Shown piece by piece: positions 40,321-52,962 of a stretch of DNA of 64,000 nt (positions within the stretch are counted from its first letter, which is position 1; each line of letters starts with the position of its first letter). Origin of the DNA: Octopus vulgaris (lineage: Eukaryota). The notes below the pieces were generated by a model. That model searched no databases. It saw nothing but the letters and a program-made list of their open reading frames with translations, and had not been told where the DNA came from. The position numbers were made by a program, and so were the translations under genes. The stretch is taken from NCBI GenBank assembly GCA_951406725.2, contig OX597823.1:87606001-87670000 (forward strand), read 5' to 3'.

Positions 40321-41842
40321 ATGGTTTTAAATGCACACATTACAATGCACAGTACATGTTATATTAGAACACTTCATTTCCCAAGCCCCACTCAACACCA
40401 CCTCCAAAGCATTTTCCCCATTCCATGGTTTACTTAAGTATTCCTTCATCTGTTGTTCTTCTGGGATGCGATTCACAAAGCATAAACTCCTCATGAACTC
40501 CACCTTGGATGACAATCTTTATGACGACGAAAACCAAACTAGAATTATCTGCTTTGTTTGATATCTCATTCACTTTAAATGAAGAAATAAGAACGATTTT
40601 TCCGTATCCTAGGAACGAAAAATTTTTCAGCAATTTCTCGCCAAACAATCAATTCTTCATTTCGTTGTATTGTTTGATAGAGGCATTGCAGTAAATAAAT
40701 TCTAGTCCTTTTTTTCTACACAGAATTCCTACGATTATCCCTACTGGCAGTAATAGAGCCAAACTTCCCATGTTTGTCACAATATTTACGGATCAAAATT
40801 TTTTTAAGCTCATCTTTTTAGCAATGACTTAATCTTTTTATCCCTGATATCTTCGCTTATAGCACGCTGAATATTATTTGAATGGTTGTTAACCATATAT
40901 CGATATTGAATAGAAAATAGGTTTCTTCCTGTTCAATAAATTTGAAAAGACAAAGAAACGAATGAATAAGAAAGCTGATCAAAAAAATTAAAACAATTTT
41001 TGATTTGATTTATAATCTTAAAAATACACAGCAACATCGAAAAAAGAATTAATTAAAGAAGGACATTTAAATGTACGTTCAGTATTAAACAAAAACAATA
41101 CAGAAAATGCATGACTAAACTCGTGGCACATGGTCTGTAATGGCAGAATTAGCTGCTACTTCAAATTATATAAACATATAGAGACCACTGTTATCTTTCC
41201 ACCAACCCCTGCGGCATTTCACGAAGTAAACCAAGTGAACCTGAGTCGCGGCATTGTGTGCTCTTTCTGCACACCGGATAAAACCAAGTTCATATAAACT
41301 ACAATAATTTATTTAAAATACTTTGATATTTATGTAACTCCTATTGAAATATTTCCCATGGGCTGCAATTATTTCCATAGCGTTGGTCCACCACTTTGGA
41401 GAGACAGTCTTAACATCAGTAAGGCCATGTCATAAAGATTTCATATGGGCTCTCAATGTGCTAGAAATAACAGGTAAATATTTTTCCAATTGTACGTTAC
41501 ATTAGTATTGGAATATAAATAACGAGGAGGTTACACTCTCGAGCCAATACAACATTCCACATTTGCAGTGTCAGTACAAGCTAACCAATTCAGACTCTAC
41601 CAATACGGATATTCTAACATCGACTTGGAGCAGTTTGTTAGGTTTTACTTGAGTCAGCTTCTTTGGGTAACGTGATATGTATATATATAAATCTGGGGAG
41701 TCTACTAGAGTAGATGCAAGCGCTAATATATGATTTAAAAAGCATGTGACATATTAATAAATATCTGTAAATATAAAACCATCCAGATTTCTGAGTACCT
41801 AATTTCTTCAAATATATAGTAGCTATACATCACCTCCAAACC

Positions 41843-42070
<228 letters not shown>

Positions 42071-42509
42071 ATTTTTAAATAGTATACAATCTTTATACGA
42101 ATTTGTCAATTGGTTAGCGTGAAAAACCTCATAATTCTTTACTCTTTTCACGGAGTCGGGCTTTCTCTCTCTTCGCTCTTTCTCGCTTGCCTTTTCTTTC
42201 CTTGTGCTGGGCCGCTCAGCAAATCCCTTCTTTGCTCGTTTTCACAGCCATGCACGAGCTCGTGCTTGTGATATGCGTTCAAAGCCGATCCATCTACTTC
42301 GCTCTTTATTCTGGCTTCCTTTTCCTTTGTTTCCTCCCACTCCCTCGAGCCGCTCACCCGCTATACGAATGTCTTCTTCGTTCAATTCGTATCCCTGCTC
42401 CTGCGACTGCTCGAAACTCGGAGCTGATAACAACTGTCTCACCGCATCTTCTACACCTTCTTTTCCTGCTTGCTTTTTCTGATGTCTTCCTCCCGACGCC
42501 GTGACCGCC

Positions 42510-43450
42510 TCGAAAGAGCGAATCGTGTCGTTCGCGAAAAGAGACTCAATAGAAAGAAGCGTTGTAGATACTCTACTAAGCACGTCACTCCGAAAGTTAA
42601 GTCGAGTCGTATGTGAGAGATCCTTTTCGTCTCGATTTCCTCGAACAAGTCTGGCGGGAGGTCGAGGACGACAGCTCGGCCGCCGCTGCTGAAGCCCCAG
42701 GATGGCAATTGTGCCGGTGACGTAACCGCTTGCCGCGCGGGCGCGACCAATGAACAGGGAACGCCGAGCTGAGGCATGCTCCTTTTGATTGATACACTTT
42801 TGGAAAACAACTCAGGTCGGGCAACGGTTCCGGCTTAGTGTTGCTCAGCCGTTATCGCGCACAGGCAGACTGGCACCACCACTCTAACGAGCGAGTGTGA
42901 AAACCGTTGCTCTGACTGGGTTGATAGCCATAGCCGAGTTGACGTTGACCGCGCCTGCCCAAATTCAGCAGAGGCGTCAGCGACAGCGATGGACGATGAG
43001 CGTACGCGAAATGCATGGCTAGGATAACTCTAACCTATCTCACGTCTGTCTAAACCTGGCTCATGGTCTCTGCTTCGCAATGATAATAATTCTGCTTCCC
43101 AATAAGAAGGGCCGGCATCGAAGGAACAAAAAGCGACGTGGCTGCGAACGCTTGACTAACATAAGCCAGTTATCCCTGTGGTAACCTTTCTGACACCTCT
43201 TCACGGATGCATAGCTTGACTGGCGCTGTTCGGGAAGGATAGATGGGCCACGCTTTTGCGGTCCGTATCCGTACTGAAAATCGAGCCCGAGCGAGATTTT
43301 GCCCTTTTGCACCATGTGTGGTTTCCGTCCACGCTGAGCTCACTGCGTTACGGTTTGATAGAAATACCACCCCAGTGAACCGAGCCGACAGACTAAAGGT
43401 CGCGCATCGGCTACGTCCGTGCCCACAGTGGCGTTCGACATGCACTGCTC
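42510..43450 (-). pseudogene. Highly diverged 28S (LSU) rRNA 3'-end fragment (rDNA orphon/pseudogene)
   Basis: Reverse complements of conserved LSU blocks in correct order: CTCAATAGA..GCG..GTAG..ACTCTACT (3' end), GGCTTAG..TCAGCCGTTATC, CTAACCTATCTCACG..TCTAAACC, CATCGAAGG.ACAAAAAGCGACGT..GAACGCTTG..AAGCCAGTTATCCCTGTGGTAAC.TTTCTGACACCTCT, GTACTGAAAATC..TTTTGCCCTTTTG, CTGCGTTAC..TACCACCCCAGT. Confidence 0.85.
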
Positions 43451-43514
43451 GCTTCGCACCAGATAACGAACCACCGCTCGGCGACGGCCCGATCCCTTCA
43501 GCATCTAGTGAGCG

Positions 43515-43866
43515 ATGGTGATGATAATCGCAGTGAAGATGATGTGATGGTAATGATGATCATGATGGTCATGATGGTTGTGGTGGTGGTGCTGATGCTG
43601 GAGGTGGTTGTAGCGGTGATGGTAGTATTGGAGATGATGGAAAACGACAACAGTAATGAACATGATGACGACGAGGAGGAGGAGGAGAAGGATAGTGGTG
43701 ATGATGATGATGATGATGATGTACACGAAGACGGTGCCTTGACAATGATGACTACGCCGCCTCCGATGGTGATAATCATTATGATGATGATATGGAGGCC
43801 AATGACACAACGATAATGACGACGACGACGATGGTAGAGGTGGTGACGATGATGATGATGATGATA
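43515..43866. repeat. (GAT/GGT)n low-complexity tract
   Basis: Directly visible. Confidence 0.9.
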
Positions 43867-44449
43867 TTCTCAAGGTGATATCGACAGTTAATATCATTAG
43901 TAGAATCTAAAATTCCAGCAGAATTCTTGTTGTCGGTAATTAGATTAGACTAGCAGAGCTTCGAGTAAGAATGAAATCCCTTACATTTAAATGACAGCGA
44001 ATCATTGTCGAAGTCATGTCTCATCTGTTAAAATGTTTGCCATCAGTTGGCTGTGTACATTGTTTGTTTACACTCACAACACTCCAGTCTCTGTTTTTAT
44101 ATAATGTTAGAAAGTAAATACGATGCGACATAAAAGCAACGAAACAAAAAAAAAGAAAAGATGGTGGCTGAGTCAAAGAGTCAAAGTAAAGTATTACAAA
44201 GAGAAAGTGAAAGTAGAAAAGGAAAAAGAATTGCTATAATGACATGTAACATCAGCAGACCGATGTTCATTCGTCGGGAGCGTAGGTTTGGGTGGCGGAG
44301 TGTCTGTATATATAACTGTACAGGGGCCGAAAGAGAGGAAGGGAGGGGAAGTGAGAGATAAAGAGAGAAAGGTAGGTAGAGAAGGCGAGATATGAAAGAG
44401 AGAGAGAGAGGGAGAGACGTGTATATATGTATCTTCTATCTTTTGTCCT

Positions 44450-44640
44450 TACTTGTTTCAGTCATCTGACTGTGGCCGTGCTGGGGCACTGCCCTTGAGG
44501 TTTTTAGTCAACCAAATTGACTCACGATCTTATTTTTTCTTAAATGACTTGTACCTTTTCAATCAATGTTGCCGAACGGCTAGGGTATGCAACCGTGGTG
44601 GTCGAGCGGTGGTGGGGGGCAACACACAGAAAAATACTCA
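44450..44640 (-). mobile_element. SINE family A 3' half
   Basis: TACTTGTTTCAGTCATCTGACTGTGGCCGTGCTGGGGCAC tail. Confidence 0.75.
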
Positions 44641-45090
44641 AAAACACACGCGCACACACATACACACACATATATATGTGTGTGCGAAATCGCACATATA
44701 TGTATGTTTGGCTTAGTGGTTAGGGCATTCTGTTGAGCAAGATACTTTATTTCAAATTGCTCCAGTCCACTCAGCTGGCAAAAATGTGTTGTAACTGTAT
44801 TTCAACAAGGGCCAGACTTGACACAAAAACAAAAACATGGAAACGAACTTTTTTTCAAGCAACGAAAAAGCAGAGTACAAGACATAAAACACAAGGAATA
44901 TTCCCCTTCTTCAGTTGTCCCTGTTTCGTCTACTCCGCGTTTGGAAGGTAAGGACAAGACGCGACTTCGTTGAAACAGTCCTTCCCGGAAAGCAAATTAA
45001 ATAAAATTCGAGATTTTTTCCGGAGGGGTAAAAGTGTTAACAAATACATATAGATGTAGGTATGCACATATATGTATGTACATATGCATA

Positions 45091-45137
<47 letters not shown>

Positions 45138-45140
45138 ATA

Positions 45141-45202
<62 letters not shown>

Positions 45203-45205
45203 CGT

Positions 45206-46160
45206 TCATAAATGAGGGTGAAAAATTAGATATTAATTTAATAATACCATCAGTTTAACACCAAGTGGCCTAGCACATAAAAAAACCAAGGAGACAATAC
45301 AAATTTATACGTAAATATAAGAGAGTTACCGTTAAATGGTTAACTCTAGTGCTAGAAGTAGCTCCTTATTCTGGTATAGCCACCGAAGTTGTTTCCACAA
45401 AAGAAATAACATTACCTCCAACGTATGGAAAGCGAAATACAACCAAAAGATAAATTAATGCTGAACAATTGTTTCTTTATCAACATAATATGCAATTATA
45501 CTCACATATTTATCTATAAATCATCACCAGCATTTGTTTTCGATACAATTTATTAGACCCACACGGGCGATAAATACCCATGCGGTCCAATCGATTGCAT
45601 ACATAGTTGTGATTTAGCTTCCCTGCCAAAAAGCATGGTAAGACTTAATGGAAACGAGTACTGCACACAAAATTTAGTGCAGTATAAAAAATTTATAAAT
45701 TCATAAATGAGGGTGAAAAATTAGATATTAATTTAATAGTACCATCAGTTTAACACCAAGTGGCCTAGCACATGAAAAACCAGGGAGACAATACAAATTT
45801 ATACGTAAATATAAGAGAGTTACCGTTAAGTGGTTAAATCTAGTTCTAGAAATAGGTCCTTATTCTGGTATAGCCACCGAAGTTGTTTCCACAAAAGAAA
45901 TAACATTACCTCCAACGTATGGAAAGCGAAATACAACGAAAAGATAAATTAATGCTGAACAATTGTTTCTTTATCAAGATAATATGCAATTATACTCACA
46001 TATTTATCTATAAATCATCACCAGCATTTGTTTTCGATACAATTTATTAGACCCACACGGGCGATAAATACCCAGGAAACAACTTCGGTGGCTATACCAG
46101 AATAAGGAGCTATTTCTAGCACTAGAGTTAACCACTTAACGGTAACTCTCTTATATTTAC

Positions 46161-46163
<3 letters not shown>
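45206..46163. mobile_element. (TA)n-embedded element: tandem direct repeat plus terminal inverted segment (Penelope-like architecture)
   Basis: Unit starting TTCATAAATGAGGGTGAAAAATTAG at ~45206 and ~45700; 46075-46163 is the reverse complement of ~45306-45396; (TA)n on both flanks. Confidence 0.65.
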
Positions 46164-46223
<60 letters not shown>

Positions 46224-46433
46224 TTTAAATTTAAAATTTTATATTTTATATATTTTGTATATTATATTAATTATATTTATTTTTATGTTTTGGTTTATGT
46301 TTTTCATTGTTTGATTTGCCTAATAGTGGTTTTATCTCTAGTTTAATTTATATTTATACTGTGAAATTTTATTTAATCCTAAATCTAATTTTTCCTTGTA
46401 AGTTTGGATTTACTCCCTAATATTATTATTATT

Positions 46434-46491
<58 letters not shown>

Positions 46492-47262
46492 TTGTGTGTG
46501 TGTGTGCGTGTGGAATGTCTCGTTGAAGACGAAGTATGAATGTTTAGCTTTTGTTGAACGACCAGCTCAAATCATTTGTACTGATCAGATGTATGTGCTA
46601 TGTATTAGCTCACTTCCTCCATTAAATCGCCGCCAAGTGCGATCGCACAGCAACGTCGCACAATGGAGGAACTGTAGCCACTATGTGGAGGTCATGAGCG
46701 CAACTCCTTAACCTCTAACTATGTCCTTTCTATCATATATTCACATACATATATACATCTACACAGAGAGACATACAGAAACATATTAACATGCTTGTGT
46801 TGGGAGGCTTACTTTACAATTGCTTAGTTCCTCACGGAGAAAACCATGAAAGAAACCTCTTGCTAGTCTTTGTGTTGTCAGCACCGCATTCCAAGTATCC
46901 TGATTCTGTTAAAATAAATTCCTATTAAAATTACTCGTTTGGATGACTTCTTTGGGTATTTTACTGTCTATTGACTGATAAGCGTAGTCATTGCTCTATC
47001 ATTTAGTAGTGCAAGTAGAGAGGCAAGAATTAATGTTGTGTATAGTATTTTGAGAAGAGATTAAGATATGCGGTTGCTGCGCAATCAGATCGACAGATGT
47101 TACGGTCATCTTGTGTAGCGGACACTTTATCACGTTAAATGAATGTTACGTGAAATATTTAGGTTTGACTGACCTGGGCCACATTTAGTTAACCTTGTAT
47201 ACCCAACTTGCATACACACGCGCATGCAAACCAATATATCTATCTCAGTAGTTGTGTATTTG

Positions 47263-47470
47263 AAGGCGGCGAGCTGCCAGACGGTAGCATGCTGGGCGAA
47301 ATGCTTAGCAGTATTTCGTCTTTACGTTCTGAGTTCAAATTCCGTCGAGGTCGTTTTTGCCTTTTATTCTCTCGGGGTCGATAAATTAAGTACCATTCGC
47401 ATATTGGAGTCGATCTAATCGACACGCTCCTTCTCCAAAAATTTCAGGCCTTTTGCCTAGAGTAGAAAAG
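47263..47470 (+). mobile_element. SINE family C
   Basis: AAGGCGGCGAGCTG head, CGGGGTCGATAAATTAAGTACC core. Confidence 0.85.
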
Positions 47471-47514
47471 AATATTTGTGTATTTGTGTTCTTTCCCTGT
47501 GTCTGGACATACAA

Positions 47515-47515
<1 letters not shown>

Positions 47516-47576
<61 letters not shown>

Positions 47577-47721
47577 ATATGTATGTATGTATGCATGTAT
47601 GTATGCTTATATGTATGCATGTATGCATGTATGTATGTATGTATGTATGTATGTATGTATGTACGTATGTATATCCATCCATCCATCCATCTGTCAGTCT
47701 GTCTGTCCTTCTATCTGTCAG

Positions 47722-47767
<46 letters not shown>

Positions 47768-47785
47768 GATCTAGCTAGCTAGCTA
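47516..47785. repeat. Compound (TA)n-(TATG)n-(TCCA)n-(TCTA)n microsatellite
   Basis: Directly visible. Confidence 0.95.
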
Positions 47786-49937
47786 TACTACCGGAGAAAT
47801 CTTCCCTTACACACGTAATGTGCTAAAAGCACAAAATTATTGAGTAGCAACGGAAAAGCATACAGCAGCAATGGTGGAAATGTTGAATCGTGACTTCTGT
47901 GCTCCTGCACATCATTAGCAACGAGTATCTTCCATCAAGTTTTGCTTTTGCTGATAGAACAATCTCTGGTATCGCAGATACTTGTCAACCTGGATAAAAG
48001 TTCGATATTAAAATCAGAAGCAGTATATATTTTATATTTACGTACTCACATGCATACGTAAATACATACATACGTGTAAATGTATATTTCCTAGTGTATA
48101 TACAATCATGTATATGTATGTATATAAGCATATATGTTTGCGTTTGTGTTGCGTTATTCCAAGATTTTGCTTCAGTTTTGCTTCAGACATTTCGATGCAG
48201 TCCATTATTTTCTGAGTTGAAACAAGTCTGTGCTAGTCGTTCGTCTCCATCAGTTCAAGGATAGATCAACTAAAACCTAGATCAAATTACTAACCAAATT
48301 ACTAACCCTCGACCAAATTACTTTATGTTACGCATGTACCAATTTTGCTTCTTGAGTTTTTGTTAGAAATCAATACATCGTGTTCTGCAGTCCGGTATTA
48401 GTTATTGCGACAGAAAGATATCTCGATACAAACAATCATGCCACACATAAAAACTGATGTTGAATGTCACTGGGCAACTTTCATTCCTTCTGCTTAGGAT
48501 ATATCTGATAGTGTACCAGTCATATACTGAGATATATCTGATGGGATATGTTACACCTCACTTATACTCAATTAGATCTGGGTTCTATCAAATAAGGTAC
48601 CAGTCCATGATGAATGTCTATTTAATGTTCCATATTTAAATATACACATTTTTCATACACAAAATATGTGGCATTTTGGCAATTTCAGATATCAAAACTG
48701 TGTTCTTCGTTCGAAATAAACTTTTGAGCCTTGAATAGAATCGCTTGCGGCGTTTTCTTAAGCCACTTTACGGCTCGAATTTTAGATCATATTGCATTCG
48801 ATTTTTTTCGAACCGTTCAAGCGAGGTCAATGAAATTAAGTTCCAATCAAGAAGGATAACCCACCTTAATCGATTGTACCACGACCCCGCCTTGTATCTT
48901 GGTGATTTTGTATTTACCTTAAATGTCGATAAATAACTAGCAATTTAGTGATAATTTCATGAAATGCCCTCATCTCGCTCTCGCCTCGAGCTTAATTGAC
49001 AATTCAATAATGTTTTTTTCTTCTTTTTAGTAGAACAGTTCATTCTAAAGCTAGCAATGAAGATTGGGTGCAATATTACCGAGAACTAATACTTTCGATA
49101 TACCGCTGTTCTGTTCACATAGTTATTTATATTTCATTTAGTTCTGAGCGTGAACCAGATGTAAGCACTAACATTCTACATTTCCTTTTCAACTTAGTGT
49201 TCATAATTTATGATTTACTATCAGAATGTTATCTAATATAGCAAAAGTTGCAGAAATTATATATCACTTTAAGTTATACACGAAAATCTTCTAACGCCGT
49301 GTCTATGCGGAAAGGTGTTGCCAATAAATTTATATATATGATCATATATAATTCTTTAGATATAATCTCATCACGGTAAGAACGAAACTAACAGGGTTTC
49401 AAAGTTGTAAATATCTCATTACAGCTAAATATTTGGTGAGTTAATAGGTTTTAAGTGGACATAATACTGTTAGAATCTAGTTCTCATGGTGGTCATGATA
49501 ATTTCACTTGTAGTAATACATTGGAAATTGAGCTGTCACACATGTCCAAACGGAATTGGCCTCAATGTTGAATCACACTGATAATTTATAGGCACTAATG
49601 TTATTCTCATCAACTCATTCAGATAAGGATCAATAAAGACTCAAAGGTTGCTTAAACATCGCAATCCAGAGCAATGCAGATGTGTCAATACAGCAGTAAA
49701 TAACTCTCGTTTCGTCAACCATATTTCCCTAGTTACAGTCTTGTCTTTATCATATTGGTGCTGGCCACAAGTATTCAGACGAAGTTCACGTAACCAGAAA
49801 TAAAGCAAACGTTTGTTGGTTTAAGGCTAATTTTTCCCTCGTATATTTACTGAAATTTCGGCAAAATAATTGGTTCTTTTAACTGACCACACATTTGACC
49901 CTTAAGGTATAGACATAGGGTCTTTATAATTTGATGC

Positions 49938-50305
49938 TTACTTGTTGGAGTCATTTGTGTGCGGCTATGCCGGAGCACCACCACGAATAATTTATAGTCG
50001 AATGTATAGTCTCCGAATTAAATTTTTTAAAGCCTGGTACTTATTATATCGGTCTCTTTTGCCGAACCGCTAGGTTAGAAGGTTGTGAACACACCGTCAC
50101 CGGTCATAATACTATGGGGAGGCAGAAACTCAGACAACAAGTTACACATACATACAGGCATCTTTCAATTTTAATCTACCAATCCACTCACAAGGCTTTT
50201 GTTCGACCCGAGTCTCTAGCAGAAGACACTTTCCCAAGGTGCACGTAGTAGGATTGAAACCAGAACTATGTAGCTGGGAAGCAAGCTTCTCACCACACAG
50301 CCACC
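49938..50305 (-). mobile_element. SINE family A (older)
   Basis: Colinear reverse complement. Confidence 0.8.
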
Positions 50306-50509
50306 TCTGAAAATAATATTATTATAGTTATCGTAAAATAAAAGTTTTATCATTTTTAATTATAAAATGAACATTGTTTACAAATGTAGATATGATTAAA
50401 CTAAGAAATACAGCAGATAACAACTATAACAGTGATTACTAGAATAATAATAATAAAAGGGAGCATTTACCAATCATTAATATCATTAGTCTCAGGAAGG
50501 GGGTGAGTT

Positions 50510-50705
50510 TGAAGAATCGTTAGCACGCCGGACAAAATGTTTAAGAGCATTCTGTTTGTCTCAACGGCCAAATTCTTTCGAGGTCGACTTTACCTTGCAT
50601 CCCGTCGGAGTCAATAGATTAAGTATCAGTTGAGCTCTGAGGATGATATAATCGTCCTATCTCCTCACCTACAATTGCTGGCCTTGTGCCAAAATATGAA
50701 ACCGA
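50510..50705 (+). mobile_element. SINE family C (older)
   Basis: GAATCGTTAGCACGCCGG..GAGGTCGACTTT..GGCCTTGTGCCAAAA. Confidence 0.7.
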
Positions 50706-52962
50706 TATCATTAGTCTAAGAATAATTGTGGCTGTAGAAAGTGTTTAGTAATATGATTTCTGTGACTGATGATGAGCAGAATATTTTGCAATGTTTGACT
50801 AGCTTCATAAAAAAACCTGTTCATCTTTCTTGCTGCAGTACTTTTATTCGTTCGTAGGGAAATTCTGAGAAACTGCGCAAAAACCTTTCTGGGCTGTATC
50901 AGATGATGAGATGGCAATAAGAATTATTGGTTTTAATCTATAATAAAGTAAATGTCATTCTACATTGAAGCCACATTTCACATAAGCCATAATTTAATAA
51001 TCCCTTTATTTGTGGCACAATAGCGGTTTTCTGAAAATCAAATTATTGGTTCGTGTTTCATAGATTGGTTTTTAACCCGGTGAGAATATTAGTTGAGTCA
51101 TAAACTCGTATCTTAAAATCATTTATCATTTGTTATATAGGGATATACATGAGTGAGATTTTCATTGTTACATAAATGATTTTCATAAATGGGAACTAAA
51201 GCTCCGTCAAACATTTTGCTTATGAAATTCTTTTTTTGAATTAGATTGAGATGTTTTCCCTGCTGATATATCCCGACCAATAAAGTAAATGTGCTTAGTT
51301 ATTCACAACAACTTGTATATAAAGATTCAATGAAAGTGTCATAAAGCTAGAATCCATTTGATTACCCGCGGACTTCTGTATGTAAAACATGTGTTTCAAA
51401 ATGTTCATTCTTTCGTCCAAATCAATAATGAAATAGTCTAACACACAACCTGCAAAATTTGGTCCTTAAAGGCTACCAGATGAGTATAATGATATATATT
51501 TCGGGTAATAGAGGTTCATCATACATACGAAGAGTATAGTTTGATTTTTTGTAAATGCTTTCAATAGTATACACAAGAAAAAAAACATATTTTTTCATTT
51601 TGGGATTTTTAACATGCAAAACTTACACTTTATTAATGCAATTGTTTTCTAAAACTATACATTAGGAGTTCCATGTGAAACTGAATTTCCAGATCCTCCA
51701 TCGTTGTATCAATTCAGCGTTATAGAAGGAAACCAGGTGTAAAATATCGATATTTTCTCTAATGATTCTAATGATCGAAGTAATAATTTCAGAAACAGAG
51801 GGCAATATTAGTGCCTTTCAAATCAATATCAATGACGCTGAATTCCGATTTTACGAGATATAAATTGTTTTGCATACGTTCAAAGAGACACTGTGTAGAA
51901 ACTTATGTTCTGTAACAATTTTGAAAATACTGAGGTAAAATAATTAAAAGAAAAAAGAACGAATATAATTTACTTGTAAATCGCGACAAATTGTGTAAAA
52001 AAAAAGCTTGTAGTGAAAACACATTTAATTTATAGCATTCTCCATATATCTATCATGTGTATGAAGCTCTGCGGTAAAACCTCGACATACTTTTGTACTG
52101 ACCTGTTGTATTGAGAAACAATTGCTAAGAATCAAATCGATCTACTCAAACGCTAGCTTCAGTATTCCAAAGCACAAGTTTATGCGTGACCACATTTATT
52201 GCAAATGCTTGTTTCCAGCTTTCAACGAAGGTACACTATAAGGCTCCTCGACCGGAACCCATTTATGTGCAAAATAGAAGAACGAAAAGAAAAATTGAAT
52301 TATAGGCTACTATCACTGAGTTGCGAGTTACAAAATAACGAAGTAAAGAACATTTTTTTTTTTTTGAAAATCAAAGCTAGTGGGAATTGCAGTTACAATG
52401 CAGTATGGAATTTCCTTTCTTGTGGAATGAAACCAAACTATTTTTATTGATTTTTCTATCTTCGTATAGAGTGGAGAAAGGTTTTGATGCAGTAACCCAC
52501 ATTTTGATCTGGAATGGAAGCAGAATGGAAATAGTACAGCGTGCTGCTTTATGACTACTTCTATCGAAGTTTAAACCAAACATTGCAGAGGTTGCTGCTA
52601 GTTATCACCAGCAGGGATCGCGTTAATACATGGTGTTTGCTATCTAATTTATTCCTTTAATCAATATAAATAAACGATATCCGCTTTGTTAATTAACTTT
52701 AATGACATTTACAAGTAATATATATATTTAAGAAAGTTTTGAAATATATTGCTGCGCAGGAGCCCAATATGAACTTGAATAGACGAGAGATCACGTAAAT
52801 GTTTCCGATGTTGTTGTAGCTGTTATCTTAATCATAATTAAATCTTATCTAGAATACGAGTTATTGTCAATTTGATCAACTTAACAAGCAAGATATATTA
52901 AGTCAATTTAAGAATATAGTATTGCAACGTCCGAGGTGGAATGAGATGAGGGGCAGATATTA

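Noticed and set aside
42148-43521. Overlapping ORFs in the GC-rich island as a coding gene
   Set aside because: Explained by rRNA-derived, stop-poor GC-rich sequence; no protein motif
44860-44950. CUGAAGA with nearby GAAAC on the minus strand as a hammerhead
   Set aside because: Motif order and a valid NUH/stem III could not be assembled
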